Positions 1 through 10,582 of a DNA stretch of 64,000 bases are shown here, in pieces; within the stretch, counting starts at the first letter, position 1, and each line of letters starts with the position of its first letter. Source of the DNA: Phyllobates terribilis (lineage: Eukaryota); contig NW_027362763.1 in the NCBI RefSeq assembly GCF_046119375.1, positions 470,518,001-470,582,000 on the forward strand, written 5' to 3'. The position numbers and the translations under genes are program-made. The notes under the pieces were generated by a model. It saw nothing but the letters and a program-made list of their open reading frames with translations. It had not been told where the DNA came from and did no database searches.

Positions 1-3000
1 AGGGATGAGGGATGGGGTACCATACATTCCAGGATAGGGATGAGGAGTGCCATGCATACCAGGATGGGGGTGAGGGGCCCATGCATTCCAGGATTGGGGT
101 GAGGAGCCCATGCATACCAGGATTGGGGGGTGAGGGGACCATGCATTCCAGGATTTGGGGGTGAGGGGACCATGCATGCCAGGATTTGGGGGTGAGGGGA
201 CCATGCATACCAGGATTGGGGGTGAGGGTGCCAGGCGTACCAGGATTGGGGATGAGGGGTGCCATGCGTACCAGGATTGGGGATGAGGGGTGCCATGCAT
301 ACCAGGATTGGGGATGAGGGGTGCCATGCATACCAGTATTGGGGGTGAGGGGTGCCATGCATACCAGGATAGGGATGAGGGGTCCCATGCATACCAGGAA
401 TCGGATTTGGGGGGCCATGCATACCAGGATTAGGATGAGGGGTACCATGTATACCAGGATAGGGATGAGGGGTACCATGCATTCCAAGATGAGGGATGGG
501 GTGCCATGCATACCAGGATGAGGGGTACCATACATACCAGGATACGGATGAGGGATGGGGTACCATGCATACCAGGATGGGGGTGAGGGGCCCATGCATT
601 CCAGGATAGGGGGGGTGAGGGGTGCCATACATACCAGGATTGGGGGGGTGAGGGGACCATGCATACCAGGATTTGGGGGTGATGGGACCATGCATACCAG
701 GATAGGGATGTGGGGGGGCCATGCTACCAGGATTCGGATGAGGGGTACCATGTATACCAGGATAGGGATGAGGGGTACCATGCATACCAGGATGAGGGAT
801 GGGGTGCAATGCATACCAGGATAGGGATGAGGGGTACTATGCTTACCAGGATGAGGGGTACCATACATACCAGGATAGGGATGAGGGATGGGGTACCATA
901 CATACAAGGATAGGGATGAGGGGTACCATGCATACCAGGATGAGGGATGGGGTGCAATGCATACCAGGATAGGGATGAGGGGTACTATGCATACCAGGAT
1001 GAGGGGTACCATACATACCAGGATAGGGATGAGGGATGGGGTACCATACATACCAGGATAGGGATGAGGAGTGCCATGCATACCAGGATGGGGGTGAGGG
1101 GCCCATGCATTCCAGGATTGGGGTGAGGAGCCCATGCATACCAGGATTGGGGGGGGTGAGGGGTGCCATACATACCAGGATTGGGGGGGTGAGGGGACCA
1201 TGCATACCAGGATTTGGGGGTGAGGGGACCATGAATACCAAGATTGGGGGGTGGGGAGTGGCATGCGTACCAGGATTGGGGATGAGGGGTGCCATGCATA
1301 CCAGGATTCTGGATGAGGGGTGCTATACAGACCATGATTGGGGATGAGGGGTGCCATGCATACCAGGATGGGGGTGAGGGGCCCATGCATTCCAGGATTG
1401 GGGTGAGGGGCCCATGCATACCAGGATTGGGGGGGTGAGGGGAGCCATGCATACCATGATTGGGGGGTGAGGGGCCCATGCATACCAGTATTGGGGTGTG
1501 AGGGGACCATGCATACCAGGATTTGGGGGTGAGGGGACCATGCATACCAGGATTGGGGGGTGAGGGTGCCAGGCGTACCATGATTGGGGATGAGGGGTGC
1601 CATGCATACCAGGATTGGGGATGAGGGGTGCCATGCATACCAGGATTTGGGTTGAGGGGTGCCATGCATACCAGGATTATGGATGATGGGTGCCATGCAT
1701 ACCAGGATAGGGATCAAGGGTCCCATGCATACTAGGATTCGGATGTGGGGGCCATGCATACCAGGATTAGGATGAGGGGTACCATGTATACCAGGATAGG
1801 GATGAGGGGTACCATGCATTCCAAGATGAGCGATGGGGTGCCATGCATACCAGGATAGGGATGAGGGGTACTATGCATTCCAAGATGAGCGATGGGGTGC
1901 CATGCATACCAGGATGAGGGGTACCATACATACCAGGATAGGGATGTGGGATGGGGTACCATACATACCAGGATAGGGATGGGGAGTGCCATGCATACCA
2001 GGATGGGGGTGAGGGGCCCATGCATTCTCGGATTGGGGTGAGGGGCCCATGCATACTAGGATTGGGGGGGTGAGGGGTGCCATACATACCAGGATTGGGG
2101 GGATGAGGGGACCATGCATACCAGGATTTGGGGGTGAGGGGTGCCATGCATACCAGGATTGGGGATGAGGGGTGCCATGCATACCACAATTAGGGATCAG
2201 GGATGCCATGCATACCAGGATTGGGGATGAGGGGTGCCATGAATACCAGGATGGGGGTGAGGGGCCCATGCATTCCAGGATTGGGGTGAGGGGCCCATGC
2301 ATACGAGGATTGTGGGGGTGAGGGGTGCCATGCATACCAGGATTGGGGGGTGAGGGGCCTATGCGCACCAGGATTGGGGGTGAGGGGACCATGCATACCA
2401 GGATTTGGGGGTGAAGGGACCATGCATACCAGGATTGGGGGGTGGGGGTTTCCAGTCGTACCAGGATTGGGGATGAGGGGTGCCATGCGTACCAGGATTG
2501 GGGATGAGGGGTGCCATGCGTACCAGGATTGGGGATGAGGGGTGCCATGCATACCAGGATGAGGGTGAGGGGCCCATGCATTCCAGGATTTGGGTGAGGG
2601 GCCCATGCATACCAGGATTGGGGGGGTGAGGGGAGCCATACATACCATGATTGGGGGGTGAGGGGCCCATGCATACCAGTATTGGGGTGTGAGGGGACCA
2701 TGCATACCAGGATTTGGGGGTGAGGGGACCATGCATACCAGGATTGGGCGGTGAGGGTGCCAGGCGTACCAGGATTGGGGATGAGGGGTGCCATGCGTAC
2801 CAGGATTGGGGATGAGGGGTGCCATGCATACCAGGATTGGGGATGAGGGGTGCCATGCATACCAGGATTTGGGTTGAGGGGTGCCATGCATACCAGGATT
2901 ATGGATGATGGGTGCCATGCATACCAGGATAGGGATCAAGGGTCCCATGCATACTAGGATTCAGATGTGGGGGCCATGCATACCAGGATTAGGATGAGGG

Positions 3001-6000
3001 GTACCATGTATACCAGGATAGGGATGAGGGGTACCATGCATTCCAAGATGAGCGATGGGGTGCCATGCATACCAAGATAGGGATGAGGGGTACCATGCAT
3101 TCCAAGATGAGCGATGGGGTGCCATGCATACCAGGATGAGGGGTACCATACATACCAGGATAGGGATGTGGGATGGGGTACCATACATACCAGGATAGGG
3201 ATGGGGAGTGCCATGCATACCAGGATGGGGGTGAGGGGCCCATGCATTCTCGGATTGGGGTGAGGGGCCCATGCATACTAGGATTGGGGGGGTGAGGGGT
3301 GCCATACATACCAGGATTGGGGGGATGAGGGGACCATGCATACCAGGATTTGGGGGTGAGGGGTGCCATGCATACCAGGATTGGGGATGAGGGGTGCCAT
3401 GTATACCACAATTGGGGATCAGGGATGCCATGCATACCAGGATTGGGGATGAGGGGTGCCATGAATACCAGGATGGGGGTGAGGGGCCCATGCATTCCAG
3501 GATTGGGGTGAGGGGCCCATGCATACGAGGATTGTGGGGGTGAGGGGTGCCATGCATACCAGGATTGGGGGGTGAGGGGCCTATGCGCACCAGGATTGGG
3601 GGTGAGGGGACCATGCATACCAGGATTTGGGGGTGAAGGGACCATGCATACCAGGATTGGGGGGTGGGGGTTTCCAGTCGTACCAGGATTGGGGATGAGG
3701 GGTGCCATGCGTACCAGGATTGGGGATGAGGGGTGCCATGTGTACCAGGATTGGGGATGAGGGTTGCATTGCATACCAGGATTGGGGATGAGTGGTGCCA
3801 TGCATACCAGGTTTGGGGGTGAGGGGTGCCATGCATACCAGGATAGGGATGAGGGGTCCCATGCATACCTGGATAGGGATGTGGGGGGGGCATGCATACC
3901 AGGATTAGGATGAGGGGTACCATATATACCAGGATAGGGATGAGGGGTACCATGTATTCCAAGATGAGGGATGGGGTGCCATGCATACCAGGATAGGGAT
4001 GAGGTGTACCATACATACCAGGATGAGGGGTACCATACATACCAGGATAGGGATGAGGGATGGGGTACTATACATACCAGGATAGGGATGAGGAGTGCCA
4101 TGCATACCAGGATGGGAGTGGGGCCCATGCATTCCAGGATTGGGGTGAGGGGCCCATGCATACCAGGATTGGGGGGGTGAGGGGTGCCATACATACCAGG
4201 ATTGGGGGGTGAGGGGCCCATGCATACCAGAATTGGGGGGTGAGGGGACCATGCATACCAGGATTGGGGGGTGGGGGGTGCCATGCGTACCGCAATTGGG
4301 GATGAGCGGTGCCATGCATACCAGGATTGGGGTGAGGGGTGTCATGCATACCAGGATTGTGGATGAGGGGTGCCATGCATACCAGGATTTGCGATGAGGG
4401 GTGCCATGCATACCAGGATTGGGGATGAGGGGTGCCATGCATACCAGGATTGAGGATGAGGGGTGCCTTGCATGCCAGGATTCGGGATGAGGGGTGCCAT
4501 GCATACCCGGATTGGGGATGAGGGGTGCCATGCATACCAGGATAGGGATGAGGGGTCCCATGCATACCAGGATAGGGATGTGGGGGGGCCATGCATACCA
4601 GAATTGGGGGGTGAGGGGACCATGCGCACCAGGATTGGGTTGTGGGGCGTGCCATGCGTACCGCAATTGGGGATGAGGGGTGCCATGCATACCAGGATTG
4701 GGGATGAGGGGTGCCATGCATACCAGGATTGAGGATGAGGGGTGCCATGCATACCAGGATTGGGGATGAGGGGTGCCATGCATACCAGGATTGGGGGTGA
4801 GGGGTGCCATGCATACCAGGATTTGGGGGTGAGGGGGCCATGCATACCATGATTGGGGGGTGCGGGGTGCCATGCGTACCTGGATTAGGGATGAGGGGTG
4901 CCATGCGTACCAGGATTGGGGATGAGGGGTGCCATGCATACCAGGATTGGGGGGGGGGTGAGGGGTGCCATACATACCAGGATTGGGAGTGAGGGGCCCA
5001 TGCATACCAGAATTGGGGGGTGAGGGGACCATGCATACCAGGATTGGGGGGTGGGGGGTGCCATGCATACCAGGATTGGGAGTGAGGGGCCCATGCATTC
5101 CAGAATTGGGGGGTGAGGGGACCATGCATAACAGGATTGGGGGGTGGGGGGTGCCATGCATACCAGGATTGGGGATGAGGGGTGTCTTGCATACCAGGAT
5201 TGGGGATGAGGGGTGTCATGCATACCAGGATTGGGGATGAGGGATGCCATGCATACCAGGATTGGGGATGAGGGGTGCCTTGCATACCAGGATTGGGGAT
5301 GAGGGGTGCCATGCATACCAGGATTGGGGATGAGGGGTGCCATGCATACCAGGATAGGGATGAGGAGTCCCATGCATACCAGGATAGGGATGTGGGGGGG
5401 CCATGCATACCAGGATTCGGATGAGGGGTATCATGTATACCAGGATAGGGATGAGGGGTACTATGCATACCAGGATGAGGGATGTGGTGCCATGCATACC
5501 AGGTTTGGGGGTGAGGGGTGCCTTGCATACCAGGATAGGAATGAGGGGTCCCATGCATACAAGGATAGGGATGTGGGGGGGCCATGCATACCAGGATTCG
5601 GATGAGGGGTACCATGTATACCAGGATAGGGATGAGGGGTACCATGCATACTAGGATGAGGAATGGGGTGCCATGCATACCAGCATAGGGATGAGGGATA
5701 CCATTCATACCAGGATGAGGGGTACCATAAATGCCAGGATAGAGATGAGGAATGGGGTACCATACATACCAGGATATGGATGAGGAGTGTCATGCATACC
5801 AGGATGGGGGTGAGGGGCCCATGCATTCCAGGATTGGGGTGAGGGGCCCATGCATTCCAGGATTGGGGGGGTGAGGGTGCCATACATACCAGGATTTGGG
5901 GGTGAGGGGACCATGCATACCAGGATTGGGGGGTGGGGGGTGCAATGCGTACCTGAATTGGGGATGAGGGGTGGCATGCGTACCAGGTTTGGGGATGAGG

Positions 6001-6410
6001 GGTGCCATGCATACCAGGATAGGGATGAGGGGTCCCATGCATACCAGGATAGGGATGTGGGGGGGGGGTCATGCATACCAGGATTAGGATGAGGGGTACC
6101 ATGCATACCAGGATGAGTGATGGGGTGTCATGCATACCAGGATAGGGATGAGGTATACCATTCATACCAGGATGAAGGGTACCATACATGCCAGGATAGG
6201 GATGAGGAATGGGGTACCATACATACCAGGATAGGGATGAGGAGTGCCATGCATACCAGGATGGGGTGAGGGGCCCATGCATACCAGGATAGAGATGACG
6301 GGTACCATACATACTAGGATAGGGATGAGGGGTACCATAAATACCAGTATAGGGATGAGGGGTGCCATGCATACCAGGATAGGATGGGGGCAGCACATAA
6401 AAGGATGGGG
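1..6410. repeat. G-rich minisatellite, ~28-34-bp units (consensus GGGGATGAGGGGTGCCATGCATACCAGGATT), about 200 copies, open at the window start
   Basis: Continuous tandem units with a (C)ATGCATACCAGGAT core. Rare variants recur at a 1222-bp offset (ggatcaag at ~1713 and ~2935; tccagt at 2451 and 3673). All ORFs here are translations of the repeat. Confidence 0.97.
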
Positions 6411-6510
6411 GAACAGGATGGGGGCAGCACAAATACCAGGATGGGGGCAGCACAGATACCAGGATGGGGGCAGCACAGATACCAGGATGGGCTGCACAAA
6501 TACCAGCATG
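6411..6510. repeat. 23-bp derivative units (GGATGGGGGCAGCACAGATACCA) ending the minisatellite
   Basis: accagg recurs at 6435, 6458 and 6481, and the units share the ATACCAGGATG core with the main array. Confidence 0.85.
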
Positions 6511-6520
6511 GGTGAATCAG

Positions 6521-7084
6521 GTGGCCCTTATTTAAGGGTGAAGTCAACACATGTTGCACATGCATTTCTCCTTGAAAGCCTAATAAATATGGGTCGTTCG
6601 AGACATTGTTCAGAAGAACAGCATACTTTGATTAAAAAGTTGATTAGAGAGGGTAAAACTTATAAAGAAGTGCAGACAATAATAGACTGTTAAGCTAAAA
6701 TAATCTCCAATGCTTTAAAATGGGAAGTAAAACCAGAGAGACGTGGAAGAAAACGGAAGACTACCATTCTAATGGATTGAAGAATAGCCAGAATGACAAA
6801 GGCTTAGCCAATCAGCTCCAGGATGATCAAAGACAGTCTCAAGTTACCTGTGAGTGCTGTGACAGTTAGAAGACGCCTGTGTGAAGCTAATCTCTTAGCA
6901 AGAAGTCCCTACAAAGTCCCACTGTTAAAAAAAAGACATGGACTGAAGCTGATACAATTTGCCAAAGAACGCATCAACTAGCTTAAAGAGAAATGGAGAA
7001 ACATTTTGTGGACTGATGAAAGTAAAATTGTTCTTTTTTGGGTCCAAGGGCCGCAGACAGTTCGTCAGACGACCCCCAAACTCT
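6521..7084 (+). pseudogene. Tc1-family transposase, 5' half (paired-like HTH), 5' TIR missing
   Basis: ATG at 6589 gives MGRSRHCSEEQHTLIKKLIREGKTYKEVQTII, later ...LWTDESKI (first catalytic D) and ...FVRRPPNS. Contains in-frame stops. Confidence 0.9.
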
Positions 7085-7690
7085 ATAAATACAAGTCCCA
7101 TAGGCATATTGAGGTACAAATAATTAGATCATCATAGATCATTAATGCATGTAAAGAAATCTAGAACACTCCTAAATGAATATTTGAAAAGAGGAGGAGC
7201 AAAGGGAGTGTGTATAAAATATACATTTTTATTAAATACTGGTTAAAAACATCCTTACAAATAATCAGGACAGGCAAAATAGCAACAAGCAAAAACCCTG
7301 GGGTAGGGAACACACATCCAACATGCAAGTATAGAAGGTATTATATTACGACTGATAGGTGGAATCTTGACATGTATACAATCTGTCCTATGTCACACAT
7401 GTGTAAATGAAAATGTCAGAAAAACCACCATCAAATAATTCAATAAAAAGAAAACTTACCCATGTGGCAGGTGAAGCCCCCCCAGGGAATGCACAAGCAG
7501 AAAGTGCAGAGCCCTACGTATGCACGTTTCGCGTGTTAACCACATACCAGGAGGCACAAAGACTCCCAGCATGCCTAGACCAGCATGAAAATGCCGGGGC
7601 ACGGCGCGCCCATGAGGAAGAAAAGAGGGCACGCGCACACAATCCAGTGGTGAGTATAGGTAGAGATTAAAATAAAATGAGACTAATCTA
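7085..7690 (-). mobile_element. Unassigned insert, possibly a Penelope-like pseudo-LTR fragment
   Basis: The minus strand has AATAAA (plus-strand tttatt at ~7227) and a CGCGAAACGTGCATACGTAGGG segment (7511-7535) resembling hammerhead helix III. No coding homology recognised. Confidence 0.3.
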
Positions 7691-8047
7691 AGACTAAGTG
7701 CAACATGAAGGGAAGAGGAGAAGGAAGTCCAAACACTAGGGAAAAGGGAAGTGGAGACCCCTAGGCAGATGTAATATCACCCTGCCTACCCTACCGTCCC
7801 TATATAGGTTCCATACCTATCGTCGAGCAGGACCCTAAGCCCTGGATGTCCCTAGAGCTTGGCCCTAGATAGGGAGGGGGAGGGGTGAGGACTGGTCAGA
7901 CACCACTACAAACTAAAGACAACAAGGTAGACAAACAAAGGGGATAAACTTAGCTTGAGCAGACACCAGAGAAGTAACGCCTAGCGCAGTGACCTTCTAC
8001 AGACAGATCCAGAGCGACTGTCTATTACACCTAACACACCCATGACA
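7691..8047 (-). repeat. Gypsy A 3' LTR (lacks ~210 bp present in the 5' LTR; outer end truncated)
   Basis: About 91% identity by eye to 17527-17797 plus 18015-18079. Confidence 0.88.
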
Positions 8048-8060
8048 GTACCCCCCGTTC

Positions 8061-9819
8061 TACGAGTGGCCTCTGGATACTCAGGACCAGGTTTCTCAGG
8101 ATAAGAGTTGTGGAATGCACGAACCAACCTGGGGGCATTCAACTCTGATGCTGAAACCCACATCCTTTCCTCTGAACCATAACCCTTCCAGCGCACCAAG
8201 TACTGTAGGGCACGATGCTGGAGACGAGAAACTACAATTCTCGAAATCTGAAACTCCAAATTACCATCAAACATGATTGGGGGCGGTGGTAGGGAAGAGG
8301 ACTCAAGAGGTTCTACATATTTTTTGAGCCGAGACCTGTGAAAGACGTTGTGGATCTTAAGGGCCTGAGGTAGCTCAAGACGAAACTTTGCTGGGTTAAT
8401 GATTTGGGTTATTTTATATGGACTACTAAATCTAGGTCCCAGCTTCCTGGAAGGAACCTTCAGCTTGATATTCCTGGTAGACAACCACACAAAGTCATTC
8501 ACACTCAGGTCCAGACCTAGCGAGCGTTTCCTATCAGCCATATGTTTGTACCTGTCTCCCATGATCTTCAAATTACTCAGAATTCCCCCCCCGCCACACC
8601 GAGGAGAGCGACGAAGCAAAACATTCCTCCTTAGGATACTTAGGAACTCCCGAAGCCCTTCCCCAGCTAAAAGTACCAAACTGTGGATGGAAACCGTATG
8701 CACCAAAGAACGGTGTCCTGCCGGGAGATTCTTGGCGATGATTATTATTAGCAAATTCTGCCAGTGGTAAGTAAGATACCCAATCCTCCTGGTTTTCGGA
8801 GACAAAACACCAGAGGTAAGTCTCCAGATTCTGGTTAATGCGCTCAGTCTGCCCATTCGACTCAGGAGGGAAGTCAGAGGAAAAGGACAGTTGCACCCAC
8901 AGTCGAGAACAGAATGCTTTCCAGAACTTGGAAACAAACTGGGTCCCCCGATCTGACACCACATTCGAGGAAACCCCGTGAAACTTCACGATCTCACTTA
9001 TAAACACCTAAGCAAGAGTCTTGGCATTCAGAAGTGGCAGTAATGTTACAAAGTGAACCATTTTACTGAACCTATCTACAACTATCAAAACCACAGTTTT
9101 GCCTGCAGGTACCGGTAGGTTAGTAATAAAATCCATGGACAATTGTGTGCATGGGTTGCTAGGAATAGGTAGCGGAAGAAGAATACCAGACGGACGGGTA
9201 TGCGATACTTAAGAACACGTGCAAATACAAGCAGACACGTGTTCACATCCCGATGCAACCCAGGCCACCTAGAACAACGAGAAAGAAGGTCCGCAGTTGC
9301 CTTACCACCTGGATGACCAGCAAGCACAGAGTTGTGATGTTCCCTAATTACTTTGTAGCGCAGATTAGATGGTACAAATAACCTTCCTGAAGGACAAGAG
9401 GCAGGGGCGTCCCCCTGAGCCTCCAACACCTCACCCTCCAGTTCAGGGTATAATGCCGAAATGACTACCTCCTTCTGAAAAATCGGGCAGGGTTCTCATG
9501 GTCACCACCACAAGGGAAGCTCCAGGACAAAGCACCAGCCTTGACGTTTTTGACCCCTGGACAGAAAGTGACAACAAAATTGAACCTAGCTAAAAAACAG
9601 GAACCATCTAACTTGCCTAGGGTTGAGACGTTTAGCAGATTGAAGATATGACAGGATCTTACGGTCTGTGATAACAGTAATAGGATGGACAGCCCACTCC
9701 AACCAATGTCGCCATTCTTTGAACGCCAAAACAGCTCTTTAGGGAGGAAAAAGCCTGCAGGGCAGCATCCGACCATTTAGGAAGATCAGACCCTTCCATG
9801 TCATGTCAGTGAGGGGTTT
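8061..9819 (-). pseudogene. Gypsy A pol 3' part: RNase H, integrase, chromodomain
   Basis: VSDRGTQFVSKFW...QTERINQNLETYL (integrase core); FQISRIVVSRLQHRALQYLVRWKGYGSEERMWVSASEL (chromodomain). Frameshifted. Confidence 0.92.
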
Positions 9820-10128
9820 TGTTAGCGCCACGCCAGATCGCCGCTCTAACAAGCAGGGTCTTCGGTGTGTCACTTCACTCACCCACGCTGCGGCTGGCGC
9901 TTCCCTCCCCCGTGCTGTGCCTGCTTCCAGCCGTGCCCTTAGGGCACGTGTGCTCGCACTCCCACCCTCTTAAAGGGCCAGCTCGTGCACTTGCTATAAC
10001 GTCCCCAGCAAATGGCTGTGGGACATTAAATATATATTGCTTCCTCCCCACTGGGGAAGGTGCCTGAGCAACCTTCCAGTTCTACAGTCTATGTTGTGAA
10101 GATTGTGTACTAGTTAATGCTACCAAGC

Positions 10129-10355
10129 CTGCTGCACTCTGGTGCAAACAATCCTGCTGAACTCCGGTGCAATGCTGCTGCACTCCTGTGCAATCTTGCC
10201 TGCTGTACTCCGGTGCAAACAAAGCCTGCTGCACTCCGGTGCAATCCTGCTGCACTCCGGTGCAACCCTGCTGCACTCCGGTGCAAACTAGCCTGCTGCA
10301 CTCTGGTGCAAACCAAGCCTGCTGCACTGCAGTGCAATCCTGCTGCACTGCGGTG
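10129..10355 (+). repeat. Array of ~10 units of CTGCTGCACTCCGGTGCAA in the Gypsy B 5' LTR (5 units in the 3' LTR, ~15089-15205)
   Basis: Units counted directly in both LTRs. Confidence 0.9.
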
Positions 10356-10582
10356 CAATCCAGCTTACCTGTCCTACTGGGTCCAGCCGCTGCGAGTCCG
10401 TTGGTCTGTTTTGGAGTAGCAACTGGGCCACCTCCTTCATCCCTCCTCAGATCATGGAGTCATAAAGCAGCCATGCGTCCGGGGTCCAATTGGGCGAGGA
10501 CCCTAGTTACGCCCCTCCAGGCAATCCTCGGTCCGTGGCACAGTCGTTCCACAAACAATGTACGTGACAGTTTGCTCGGGCC

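Noticed and set aside
321-6565. Long ORFs up to 546 aa in the minisatellite
   Set aside because: They are stop-free frames of a tandem repeat, overlap in several frames and show no domain signature.
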